A stretch of 64,000 bases of DNA. It comes from Deltaproteobacteria bacterium (GTDB lineage: Bacteria; Desulfobacterota; BSN033; UBA1163). A model generated the notes under the pieces. It was not told where the DNA came from. It saw only the letters and a program-made list of their open reading frames with translations, and did no database searches. This document shows, one piece after another, positions 1 to 9,520 of this stretch. The DNA lies in the NCBI GenBank assembly GCA_037444165.1, contig JBBIMX010000002.1, forward strand, positions 7,825 to 71,824, in the 5' to 3' direction. Position numbers and translations under genes: made by a program. The first letter of the stretch is position 1. Each line of letters opens with the position of its first letter.

Positions 1-589
1 AACCCCATCGTTTCAAGGGCGGTCTGAATCATGATGGGAGAAGGCTTTCCCACAATGACTTCCACTTTCTTCTGGGTTACGGCTTCAATGGCTGCAATCA
101 TTCCGGCACAGTCAGGAATCTCTCCCCCTTCAACAGGACAGGTCCGATCAGGATTGGTGGCTACAAAATGGGCTCCTTTCTTGATGGCCTGGTAGGCAAT
201 ATTTAATTTCCGATAATCGAAGGTCCGATCAAAGGCAACCACCACATACTCAATCTCAGAAGGCTCCTCAACGATCCTAAATCCATTCCTTCTCAATTCT
301 TCGATAAAAGGAGGCTCTCCAATGACAAAGAGTTTGGCTCCCGGGGCCTCCTTCTGGAGATAGCGACTCATGACCAGCGTTGAATTAATGACCTCCTCAG
401 GTTTGGTCGGGATCCCGAGGCGGGTGAGCTTCGTGGCATAGTCCTCACGGGTTTGAAGAGGTTTATTGGAAAGGAAGACGACCTTTCGACCCATTTCACG
501 AATTCGGTAAATCACCCGATCCGCGCCTGGGATAAGCCTATCGCTTAAATAAACCGTTCCATCCAAATCGAAAATAAATCCCCTGAACA
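1..589 (-). CDS. HAD-IIA family hydrolase (NagD-like), partial; C-terminus lies beyond window start
   Basis: Reverse-strand ORF starting ATG at 589..587 with AAGAGAG RBS; N-terminus MFRGFIFDLDGTVY carries HAD motif I (DxDGT); continues off the window edge. Confidence 0.8.
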
Positions 590-629
590 TCTCTCTTTAT
601 TGCTCTATCCTCTTTTAATGGAACAGGAT

Positions 630-1709
630 TTAGGGGAGGACAATACACTTTTCGGGATTCAGGAAAAGGAAGAGTTCTTCGCCCTCTTTCTGTTTGATAT
701 CGTAAGGAGCCTGAATCCGAATCAATGTATGATCGACATTCACGAAGAGATAGAGAAAGTTTCCTAAGTAGGCTCTGTGCATTATTGTTCCTTTAAAGAG
801 ATTCTCCTTATCTTTTGGCGGAGAGACAAATACCTCGATCTCTTCGGGCCGAATCGAGGCATGGACTTTTTGATTCTGTGAAACCATGGCTGAATCAAAA
901 ACTCGGCAGAGAATCTTTCCAAATTCCGCCCGAAGGGACACCACCTTTCGATCCCTGTCGATCTGTGAAACCTCGCCGGGGATGAAATTGGTTGTCCCTA
1001 TAAAATCAGCCACGAATCGATTGGCTGGCTTTTTATAAATCTCCTCGGGAGTTCCTACCTGAACAAGATTTCCAGCCTCCATAATGGCAATCCGATCCGA
1101 AATGACCATGGCCTCTGCCTGATCATGGGTCACATAAACAGAGGTCATATTCATTCGTTTGACCAAGCTTTTGATTTCAAATCGCATCCTCTCTCTCAGT
1201 TTTGCATCAAGATTACTTAAAGGCTCGTCTAACAGTAACACTTTGGGATTTCTCACCAATGCCCTGGCGAGAGCCACGCGCTGCTGCTGTCCCCCGCTGA
1301 GCTGTCCTGGATATCTTCTTTCGAGTCCCGCGAGACCCACCGATTCCAGCACTTCGGCCACTCTTTGCTTGATCTCCTGTCTTGGAACTTTCTGGATCTT
1401 TAACCCGTAGGCAACATTATCAAACACTCTTAAATGAGGCCATACCGCATAGTTTTGAAACACCATTCCAATTCCTCGTTGGGAGGGAGGAACGAAACCC
1501 TGAGAGAACATAGGCTTGCCATCGATGATGACATCCCCTTCGTCAGGTTTTTCAAGACCTGCAATACAGCGAAGGGTCGTCGTCTTTCCGCAACCGCTCG
1601 GACCCAGAAGGGTCACAATTTCCCCTTTTTCGATATCCAGGGAAACTCGATTGACAGCAACGATATGGCCAAATTTCTTATAGAGATTTTGAATCTGAAT
1701 AAAAGCCAT
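630..1709 (-). CDS. ABC transporter ATP-binding protein (FbpC/PotA-like, C-terminal TOBE domain)
   Basis: Walker A GPSGCGKTT, ABC signature LSGGQQQRVALARAL, Walker B LLLDEP; C-terminal transport-associated OB domain; TAA stop. Confidence 0.85.
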   Translation of the reverse strand: MAFIQIQNLYKKFGHIVAVNRVSLDIEKGEIVTLLGPSGCGKTTTLRCIAGLEKPDEGDVIIDGKPMFSQGFVPPSQRGIGMVFQNYAVWPHLRVFDNVAYGLKIQKVPRQEIKQRVAEVLESVGLAGLERRYPGQLSGGQQQRVALARALVRNPKVLLLDEPLSNLDAKLRERMRFEIKSLVKRMNMTSVYVTHDQAEAMVISDRIAIMEAGNLVQVGTPEEIYKKPANRFVADFIGTTNFIPGEVSQIDRDRKVVSLRAEFGKILCRVFDSAMVSQNQKVHASIRPEEIEVFVSPPKDKENLFKGTIMHRAYLGNFLYLFVNVDHTLIRIQAPYDIKQKEGEELFLFLNPEKCIVLP

Positions 1710-3425
1710 CTAATACCTCCCCCCTGATGACCCCCATGCGGCTCCAAGAATTCCTCCTCCGATTCGAGCCACAATCAGTAAGAGGATGAAGATAATCACA
1801 ATCATCAGAAAAGCCATTGCTCCTGCAATCCCAAACTCCATCCCTCGATGCCAGTTCAGATAGATCCCGATGGGCAATGTCTCCCACCCTCCTCGGTAAA
1901 GAAAGATGGCGGTGGAGATCTCCTGAAAAGCCATGATAAAGAACATGACCAATCCGACAAAAATTCCTTTGAGCAGCAAGGGTAAAGAAATGTTGAAGAA
2001 GGTCCTCAGCTTGCCTGCTCCCGAAACCTCTGAGGCCTCTTCGAGAGACACATCGAGTTGAAGATAGGAAGCATGGGCCATTCTCAAAAAGTAGGGGAGC
2101 CGCCTCACGAAAAGAGAAAGGGGCATGATAATCCAGTGTGTGGCCAAAGGAATCCCTTCCCAGAAAGCAAGCAGATAACTCACCCCAACCGCAATTCCAG
2201 GGAAAGCAAGCATGAGGGTAATGATAAAATCAAGCGTGTCTTTCCCCGGAACCTTTGTTCTCGTAATGAGATAGGCGGCAGGGAGCCCAAAAACGACTCC
2301 AAAAATAAGGGCGATGAGACTGAACAAGAATGAATTTTTTAAAAGCAATGGGGTTTCAAGAAAAATGAGTTTAAAATTATCGAGGGTCCAGTAGGTAGGA
2401 AAGGGCTGAAGAACCCACCGTCTTGAAAAGGCAGAAAGTCCCAATACAACAGGGATGAGTAGAACTAACACGCCAATGAGGAACATATAAAAATAGGAAA
2501 TTAACTTAATCCATGGATGGGGTTCAACGATTCTTCCTTCAAGAGTGGTTCCTTTGGAAAGAGCGGTATATTTCTTTCTTTCTACCCAGCTCTTCGAAGC
2601 TAAAAAGATCCCGACACAGATGAGGGAGGAAATGACGACCGATACAATGCCCATATACTTTCGATGCATATCTGTAAAATGGTAAGCGATATTGATATAG
2701 GCTGTGGAGGGAAGGATATCTTGAACTCCGAAAATGAGAGGGGTAAGCCAATCTGTAAAAGGCCAGAGAAAAACGATCACTGCTCCAGCTAAATAATTCG
2801 GGCTACAGAGAGGAAGTGTCACTGTGAGGAATCTCCTAAACCCACCTGCGCCCTCGACTTCAGCCGCTTCCTCCAGAGAAGGGTCTATATCCGTAAACCC
2901 GGCTGAAAGACTGAGGACAATGAACGGAAGCAGATGAAGGGCTTGGATAAAAACAAGACCATGGAGTCCAAAGACAAAATTGATGGGTTTGCTGATTACA
3001 TTCCAATCCATCAGCAAAAGATTCACTGTCCCCATCTTTCCAAAAAGGACGATTAATGCAAAGGCCCCTGCATAGGCAGGTAAAACGATCGGGAGAAGGA
3101 TGAGGGCAGTAAAAATGAGCTTCCCCTTCAGCCTGTATCTTGCAAGGATGTAAGCCAAGGGTAATCCAAAAAGAGTGGTGGTGATGAGGACCAATATCCC
3201 TAACAGGAGGGTATTCCAGAAGGTTTTTAAGTAATAAGGGTCTTTAAAGAAATCGATATAATTTTGTAATCCATATTGATTCGTCCCTGCAATTTTTAAA
3301 CTCTCGATAATTAGAAAGGAGAGGGGATAGATCACAAATAAAAGGAGGACGGCCCATAAAATAATCGAAATAAATAGATTTCCTCTTGACATGAATTTCG
3401 TTCCAGGGAGTGATATTCCCCTCAC
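1710..3425 (-). CDS. ABC transporter permease, fused two-domain type (FbpB/ThiP-like)
   Basis: 571 aa, two tandem hydrophobic halves each with EAA-like loop (EEAAEVEGAG... and EEASEVSGAG...); abuts ATPase gene. Confidence 0.8.
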   Translation of the reverse strand: MRGISLPGTKFMSRGNLFISIILWAVLLLFVIYPLSFLIIESLKIAGTNQYGLQNYIDFFKDPYYLKTFWNTLLLGILVLITTTLFGLPLAYILARYRLKGKLIFTALILLPIVLPAYAGAFALIVLFGKMGTVNLLLMDWNVISKPINFVFGLHGLVFIQALHLLPFIVLSLSAGFTDIDPSLEEAAEVEGAGGFRRFLTVTLPLCSPNYLAGAVIVFLWPFTDWLTPLIFGVQDILPSTAYINIAYHFTDMHRKYMGIVSVVISSLICVGIFLASKSWVERKKYTALSKGTTLEGRIVEPHPWIKLISYFYMFLIGVLVLLIPVVLGLSAFSRRWVLQPFPTYWTLDNFKLIFLETPLLLKNSFLFSLIALIFGVVFGLPAAYLITRTKVPGKDTLDFIITLMLAFPGIAVGVSYLLAFWEGIPLATHWIIMPLSLFVRRLPYFLRMAHASYLQLDVSLEEASEVSGAGKLRTFFNISLPLLLKGIFVGLVMFFIMAFQEISTAIFLYRGGWETLPIGIYLNWHRGMEFGIAGAMAFLMIVIIFILLLIVARIGGGILGAAWGSSGGRY

Positions 3426-3475
3426 CTCCTCATCCTTCTCAACAAGAAAAGAGGGAGGTGAGGGGTTAACCTATC

Positions 3476-4771
3476 TTATCGGGTGGATGCGACGAGCAGG
3501 GTTCGAGCTTCAGAGGCTGCCAGCCTTGCCTGTGCATAGGCTCCATCATACTCGAAGAGCTTTCGAGCCTCTTTGATTTTCGCATCGGCCTTGCTTACGT
3601 CCACGCCCTTTTTCTTCGCTGCCTCTATCTCCCCTTCGACCTCTTCGATCAGGAAGAGACTGCTTTTTAGTTCTCTCCATTTTCGATAAATCTCCATTTC
3701 ATAGTAACGGTTGACTTCATCCCATCGTTTGGTCGCCAGAGCCAAATCATAATTGATAAATCCCACTTTTAAGTCCCAGAAAGAGTCCACCCCCAAAGCC
3801 TCTTTAGCATGTTTGGCCATCGTCACCCCTTCTTTTTCCCATAGGGAAAATTTGATATCGGTTCTGGCAGGGAAGTATCTTCCTTCAAGGACATATTTCT
3901 GACCTTCCATACTGAAGAGCCAATCGAGAAAAATCTTTGCGTTGGCTTCATTGGGGGCATTCTTTAGTAAACCGACCGCTTCTGGAACCAGGATGGTTTT
4001 ATCCGGAAGTAAATCCCTCACTGGGTAGCCATCGGCCCTGGCACTCATCGCATTCATCTGGGGTTGAGCAATTCCAATCGGGACTTCGCCCCGACTGACC
4101 ATATGGGTCGTATCTACACTCCCTGTAGAGAATCTCGCCAATTGGGCAGCCAACAATCGATTATAGGCCCATCCCTCCTTTTCTCCAAAGCTCTGGAGGT
4201 GAATCTCAATCACTTCGTGCTGAGTTCCTGAGGCATAAGGGAGGGTCTGAACAATATATTCCCGATAGATGGGATTGAGTAAATCTTTCCAGGTCTTTGG
4301 GACGGGAAGTTTCAATGCTTTTAAAACTTTTTCATTGTAGAGATTGGTGACAATCCAGGGAGCGAAGCAGGTCCACATAAATCTTTCATCTTTCACCTTC
4401 ATGCCACCCCATTTGTCAGGAATCTTGTCCCAATCCTTTGGCTTGTAGGGGACAAGATACCCTTCTTTTTCCAGCACCTCAAAGGCTGGTGCACCCGCAC
4501 CCAAAAAGACATCCGCATCGGGTTTTCCTTTCCAGGCTCGAACCTTATCCACACAAACCGGCCATCCTCCAGGCCTGACAAAGGTGATCTCTATCTCCTT
4601 CCCGTAAGTCCTTTTGTAATATTCTTTGAAGCCTTTCATTAAACTGTCAGAAAGCTCTTTGTAAACAGGTCCAACCCAACCTACCTTCTCTGCCGCCTGA
4701 ACATGGACCAAAAATAGAACGAGAGTCATTAATACAACGGATATAAAAACTCTTCTCCAATCCATCCTCAT
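3476..4771 (-). CDS. ABC transporter periplasmic substrate-binding protein (iron(III)/thiamine family 1 SBP) with charged C-terminal extension
   Basis: Probable start ATG 4771 (MRMDWRR) preceded by GGAGGA; signal peptide; SBP-family-1-like core; operon with permease and ATPase. Confidence 0.75.
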   Translation of the reverse strand: MRMDWRRVFISVVLMTLVLFLVHVQAAEKVGWVGPVYKELSDSLMKGFKEYYKRTYGKEIEITFVRPGGWPVCVDKVRAWKGKPDADVFLGAGAPAFEVLEKEGYLVPYKPKDWDKIPDKWGGMKVKDERFMWTCFAPWIVTNLYNEKVLKALKLPVPKTWKDLLNPIYREYIVQTLPYASGTQHEVIEIHLQSFGEKEGWAYNRLLAAQLARFSTGSVDTTHMVSRGEVPIGIAQPQMNAMSARADGYPVRDLLPDKTILVPEAVGLLKNAPNEANAKIFLDWLFSMEGQKYVLEGRYFPARTDIKFSLWEKEGVTMAKHAKEALGVDSFWDLKVGFINYDLALATKRWDEVNRYYEMEIYRKWRELKSSLFLIEEVEGEIEAAKKKGVDVSKADAKIKEARKLFEYDGAYAQARLAASEARTLLVASTR

Positions 4772-4827
4772 TTCCTCCTTTTTATTGGCCCCCTTACCTA
4801 TCAGGGAAGGGGGAAGTGGGTGAATCA

Positions 4828-5895
4828 CTATTTGAAAATCACTTTCCCTTTTAAGGTTTGAGGACTTTCATAAAATTCTAAATATTTCTGATCTCCCTCT
4901 GGGGTCTCCGGGTGATCGGGTCCCCTCCACCATTTATTGGCAAGAAAATTCTTCTTGGCAAGGTCCCAAACCTCCTGAGGGGCAGGAATATTTTTGACTT
5001 CCCAGTTCAATTCCTTGGGCGTCATTTCATAGACCACATATCTCATGGGATAGGTGGACACGGCAGGGGTAATAAAATGATAGAGCTCATCCACATACTG
5101 GTAACGGGTAGAGATATGTCGATGTCCGGAGAAAATCACTTTCACCCCATATTTTTTAAGAAGAGCTCTTACCTCTTCCGCATTATCCATCCAGAACCAG
5201 CGCCAGAAATTGTGGTCTTTAGTCTTATCCGCCTCGTGCCAAGGCACGGCGCTGTGATGGGTCAACACGATGATGGTTTTCTTTTGATTCTTCTTCAAGA
5301 CCGACTCCAGTCATCTCATCTGTCCAGCATCCACCCTTCCACCATAGTCATTAAGATTTGCCTCCGGCACAAAGACCTGAGGTCGAGAGGTATCTAACCC
5401 GATCAAAACAAGGTCTTTAGCGACTTCATGGGCATAGTAGGTCATTCCAGGAACCATTCCACCGGAGCGTCCAATGAAAGCAGTAGCTACAGAGTATTTG
5501 GATAGACTCATCGGTTGATCTTTCTTCTCATGGGGAACCAAACTTAAATCATGATTTCCCAGAACCACATAGTAGGGGACCTTCAGGGTATCCAGAATCC
5601 TTCTCAGCTCATCAATATTCCAGGGTTCTGCATCCTGGGTCAAATCCCCAGCCACCAGAACAAACTTTAAATCGGGGATTTTATTGATCTCAGCCACCGC
5701 ACTCTCTGCTAGCATCACTGTTTTTAGACCGAGTTTAAACCCGTCTGAAACTCCTTTTTGCTGAGGGATCGAAATATGAGGATCAGAAATGGCAGCAAAT
5801 TTAACTCGGTCAAAGGCAAAGCTTAAAGTAAATGTGAATAGAATAGCAAATACAAAAGCAATGGCAACCCAAATCTTCCCCTTTTTCATCTCCAT
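4828..5895 (-). CDS. Secreted calcineurin-like metallophosphoesterase; reading frame interrupted by one in-frame TGA at 5311..5313 (pseudogene or recoded)
   Basis: N-part has signal peptide plus DPH, GDLTQD, GNHD motifs; C-part has LTHH and SGHRH motifs. Both parts share one frame, separated only by TGA followed by 4 sense codons then TTG. Start ATG 5895 with AAGGAGG RBS. Confidence 0.6.
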
Positions 5896-6128
5896 AAGCC
5901 TCCTTTTCTCACTTTTAAAATTACAATATCCCAACCGACTCTCTTTCTCTTTTCTTCACATCACCTCCTTTTCCAGTTTTTCTCCGTCTAATCTAAGGTT
6001 AAATATTAACTAAAAAAGAAAGGTTGTCAACTTAAAATTCCTGAAATAGGTAATCCCTCGCTGAAAGGTGTAGATATCTATGGGTGAGAAGTTACTTAAA
6101 ATATCCATCATCCTTCGTCGATCCACCA

Positions 6129-6157
6129 TTGACAATTTTAAAAAAACACTTTAGATT
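6129..6157 (+). promoter_or_regulatory. sigma70-type promoter for the moeA operon leader
   Basis: TTGACA (6129..6134), 17-nt spacer, TAGATT (6152..6157). Confidence 0.5.
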
Positions 6158-6164
6158 TTTGATA

Positions 6165-6330
6165 AGATCATCTCCGAGCCCTTTTCCTAAGTTCCGAAAA
6201 GTGAGGAATATGGAAATGGGCCGTTAGGGCGTGGCTGGAAACGGCCATACCTCCCGTGTTTGGAAAGGAGATTCAAAAGAGGTTTGTTAAAAGCCGATAC
6301 CCAAACACGGATATCGGCTTTTTCATTCCC
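6165..6330 (+). promoter_or_regulatory. Candidate molybdenum/tungsten-cofactor (Moco-type) riboswitch with intrinsic terminator/antiterminator
   Basis: Leader carries UCUCCGAGCCC...GGGCCGUU/AACGGCC helix...CCUCCC, recalled from memory as resembling the Moco RNA motif. Terminator hairpin GCCGAUA/UAUCGGC plus UUUUU at 6295..6327. Terminator loop CCAAACACGG is complementary to upstream CCGUGUUUGG (6253..6262), a classic antiterminator arrangement. Sits upstream of moeA-moaA-moaC. Confidence 0.55.
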
Positions 6331-6366
6331 GCGAATGACAGAAAGGAAAATATTGAGGTGAAAGGA

Positions 6367-7590
6367 TTCTTTCAGGTTCAGACTCCTCAACAACTCCTCC
6401 TGAAGATCGAGCGATTTAAACCCCTCTCCGATGAAAGGGTTTCGATAGAGGAATCCCTTCATCGAGTGCTTTCTGAGGAGGTCATTTCTTCTGTTCCTCT
6501 TCCCGAATTTCCTCGCTCCACAGTGGATGGCTTTGCATTAAAAGCGAAAGATACCTATGGGGCCTCAGAAAAGAACCCTGTCCTCTTAAAAGTGATTGGT
6601 GAAATTCCCATGGGCATGGTTTCAGAGATAGAAGTAAAAGAGGGAGAGGCGGTCAAGGTGGCAACCGGAGGGATGGTTCCAAAAGGAGCCGATGCGGTGC
6701 AGATGATAGAATATACGGACCAGATCGATCCTCAAACCCTTTCCGTGACCAAACCTTTATCTCCGATGGAGAATATCATCCAGATAGGTGAAGATGTAAA
6801 GGCGGGAGAGGTTCTCCTTCAAAAGGGTCATTTCATTAAACCTCAGGATATAGGACTCATGGCAGGGATCGGGAAAAAGAATGTAAGGGTTTATCTCCAA
6901 CCAAGGGTTGGAGTGATCTCTTCAGGAGATGAGATTGTTCCTATAGAAAAGGATCCTTCTCCAGGGGAAATAAGAGATATCAATCGTTATACGATCTCCT
7001 CTCTGGTTAAGGAAAATGGAGGGATCCCTGTCTTTCTTGGAATTGCCAAAGATCGAATGGAGGATCTTCTTGACAAAATTGAGAAAGGAGTAAAAGAGAC
7101 TGATTTTGTGGTCATAACAGGAGGAAGTTCCGTTGGAACGATGGACTTAACCAGGGAAGTTCTTCGATCCCTTCCCAACACAGAGATCCTTGGGCACGGC
7201 CTTTCCATTCGACCTGGGAAACCCACCCTCCTTGCCGAGATTGATGGAAAACCCTTTTTGGGACTGCCGGGTCACCCTGTCTCTGCCATCGTGATCTTTC
7301 ATTTCTTCGGGAAACCCATTTTAAGACTTCTTTCCGGGATCCCAAAGGACCGTGCATGGCGTCCGTTGAAAATAAAGGCGAGGGCTTCAAGACCTATTCC
7401 TTCTATTTCAGGTAGAGAAGACTACGTAAGGGTTAAATTAGAAGAGAAAGATGGAATTTACTGGGCTCAACCTGTGTTTGGGAAATCCGGAGTCATCTCT
7501 CATCTGGTCGATGCCGATGGGCTTTTAAAAATTGGAATCGATGTGGAAGGGATCGAAGAAGGGGAAGAGGCAGAGGTCTTTCTTATATGA
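6367..7590 (+). CDS. moeA: Molybdopterin molybdenum/tungsten-transferase MoeA
   Basis: MoeA family (SAMDG-like STVDGFA, PGKPT, GLPGHPVS). Start placed at GTG 6367 after AAAGGA RBS because the upstream in-frame region is occupied by the leader terminator; exact start uncertain. Confidence 0.8.
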   Translation, partial: FFQVQTPQQLLLKIERFKPLSDERVSIEESLHRVLSEEVISSVPLPEFPRSTVDGFALKAKDTYGASEKNPVLLKVIGEIPMGMVSEIEVKEGEAVKVATGGMVPKGADAVQMIEYTDQIDPQTLSVTKPLSPMENIIQIGEDVKAGEVLLQKGHFIKPQDIGLMAGIGKKNVRVYLQPRVGVISSGDEIVPIEKDPSPGEIRDINRYTISSLVKENGGIPVFLGIAKDRMEDLLDKIEKGVKETDFVVITGGSSVGTMDLTREVLRSLPNTEILGHGLSIRPGKPTLLAEIDGKPFLGLPGHPVSAIVIFHFFGKPILRLLSGIPKDRAWRPLKIKARASRPIPSISGREDYVRVKLEEKDGIYWAQPVFGKSGVISHLVDADGLLKIGIDVEGIEEGEEAEVFLI

Positions 7591-9503
7591 AGCGAACGAT
7601 ATATTTAAAAAAGAAATCGCTTGAAGAGGCCAGGGCCATCTCCTCAACTCTCGCCACTCTCATTCGATTAGGAATAGAAACGGTTCCGGTACCCCAGAGC
7701 ATCGGCCGGGTAACCGCTGAACCTATCTTTGCAAAAATCTCCTCCCCCCCTTATCCTTGTGCCGCCATGGATGGGATTGCTGTTCCATCGGAGATCACGT
7801 ATGGAGCCACAGAGGAATCTCCCAAAATCTTGACCCTCGGGAAAGAGGCCTTTTTTATAAATACAGGAAACCCTCTCCCTTCTGGAACGGATGCAGTGAT
7901 CATGATTGAAGAGGTCTACCAGATAGATTCCCACCGGGTGGAGATCAGGGAGAGCGCTTATCCCTGGCAACACGTAAGACCCATTGGAGAGGATTTCCTT
8001 GTCTCAGAAATGATTCTTCCGGCGAATCATCGAATCTCTCCTTATGATATCGGGATTCTCCTGGCGAGTGGTCATTTAGAAGTCAAGGTGAAGAAGAAGC
8101 CAAAGGTTCTTATCCTTCCAACAGGATCAGAATTAATGGACCCTTATGACTCTAACCCGACCCCATTTAAAATTATTGAAATAAACTCTTATATCCTTAG
8201 TGGAAGAATTGCTCAGGATGGAGGGGAACCCATCCGTCATCCTCTGGTGGAAGATCATTTTGATCAAATCAAAAGGGCTCTTCTTTCCATCTCAGAAGAA
8301 GTCGATCTGATTCTTCTCCTTTCCGGCTCCTCAGCAGGTTCGGAAGACTTCACCCGTTCCATCATTGAGGAATCAGGGGAGGTCTTGGTCCACGGGATCT
8401 CGATGATGCCCGGTAAACCTACCCTTTTGGGAAAATTTAGAGAACGACCCATCATCGGGATTCCAGGTTATCCGGTCTCTGCTGTCTTGGCTTACGAGGA
8501 ATTGGTCAGCCCCATCCTTCATCAGTCTTTGGGTCTTATCAAGCCATCCCGACCGAAGCTCAAGGCTAAGAGCATGAAAAAGATCCCTTCCAAATTGGGA
8601 GTGGAGGAGTTTTTAAGAGTAAAGATGGGTAAGGTGGGAGAAAAGGTTTATCTGAATCCTCTTCCTCGAGGGGCAGGAGTGCTCACCTCCTTTACTCAAG
8701 CAGACGGGGTGGTTCGAATCCCTCCCTTCTCCGAAGGCCTGGATGAGGGCCAGGAAATCGAAGTAGAATTGCTCAAACCTCCTGAAGAAGTGCTCGATAC
8801 AGTGGTAATGGTGGGGAGCCATGACCTCAGCCTCGACCTCTTGGCCAATCTTTTGAGGAGGCGTTATCCTCCTGTCTTTTTCTCCTCTCATCCTGTTGGG
8901 AGTTTAGGAGGAATCCTTGCCCTCCGAGAAGGGAGTTGCCATATTGCAGGGATCCACCTGCTTGATCCCGACTCAGGGGAGTATAATCTCCCCTATATCC
9001 AAAAATATCTGAAAGGGAGAGAGTTCAGGATGATTCACCTTGTCTTCAGAGAACAGGGATTAATCATTCGACCGGGAAATCCAAAAGGGATCAAAGGACT
9101 GAAGGACTTGACTCGAAAAGAGATCCTCTTCATCAATCGTCAGAAAGGCTCGGGGACAAGAATCCTTTTTGATCACGTCCTTAAAAGTCTCTCCATCGAT
9201 CCAAAAGAGATTCAGGGTTACGAAAGGGAGGAATTTACCCATATGGGAGTGGCCTCCATGGTTGCCAGTGGCATTGCAGATGCGGGATTGGGAATCCTCT
9301 CAGCCGCAAGAGCTCTGGGACTCGATTTCATCCCGGTGGCCAAAGAACGTTATGATCTCCTCATCCCTTCCGCCTTCTTTGAAGAGAGAAGGATTCAGAC
9401 TCTCATTGAAACGATTCGATCGGAAGAATTTAAAAATCAGGTTCTCCAGATGGGTGGATATGATATCTCGAGAACAGGGGAAGAATTGGAGATTCCGAGT
9501 TAG
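7587..9503 (+). CDS. MoeA-family protein fused to C-terminal periplasmic-binding-protein-like (ModA/LysR-substrate-type) domain
   Basis: N-terminal 400 aa MoeA-like (AAMDGIAV, PGKPTLLG, GIPGYPVS); C-terminal 230 aa PBP-like fold; overlaps moeA stop (ATGA). Confidence 0.75.
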   Translation: MKRTIYLKKKSLEEARAISSTLATLIRLGIETVPVPQSIGRVTAEPIFAKISSPPYPCAAMDGIAVPSEITYGATEESPKILTLGKEAFFINTGNPLPSGTDAVIMIEEVYQIDSHRVEIRESAYPWQHVRPIGEDFLVSEMILPANHRISPYDIGILLASGHLEVKVKKKPKVLILPTGSELMDPYDSNPTPFKIIEINSYILSGRIAQDGGEPIRHPLVEDHFDQIKRALLSISEEVDLILLLSGSSAGSEDFTRSIIEESGEVLVHGISMMPGKPTLLGKFRERPIIGIPGYPVSAVLAYEELVSPILHQSLGLIKPSRPKLKAKSMKKIPSKLGVEEFLRVKMGKVGEKVYLNPLPRGAGVLTSFTQADGVVRIPPFSEGLDEGQEIEVELLKPPEEVLDTVVMVGSHDLSLDLLANLLRRRYPPVFFSSHPVGSLGGILALREGSCHIAGIHLLDPDSGEYNLPYIQKYLKGREFRMIHLVFREQGLIIRPGNPKGIKGLKDLTRKEILFINRQKGSGTRILFDHVLKSLSIDPKEIQGYEREEFTHMGVASMVASGIADAGLGILSAARALGLDFIPVAKERYDLLIPSAFFEERRIQTLIETIRSEEFKNQVLQMGGYDISRTGEELEIPS

Positions 9504-9520
9504 AGGTTCGGAGAATAGAG

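Noticed and set aside
5935-6128. Possible TPP riboswitch upstream of the Fbp/Thi-type ABC operon (minus strand)
   Set aside because: No CUGAGA / ACCUGAUCUGGAUAAUGCCAGCG-type elements on either strand
6256-6366. ORF-track N-terminal extension of moeA starting at GTG 6256
   Set aside because: The region contains the riboswitch expression-platform terminator (6295..6327); the start is more plausibly at 6367
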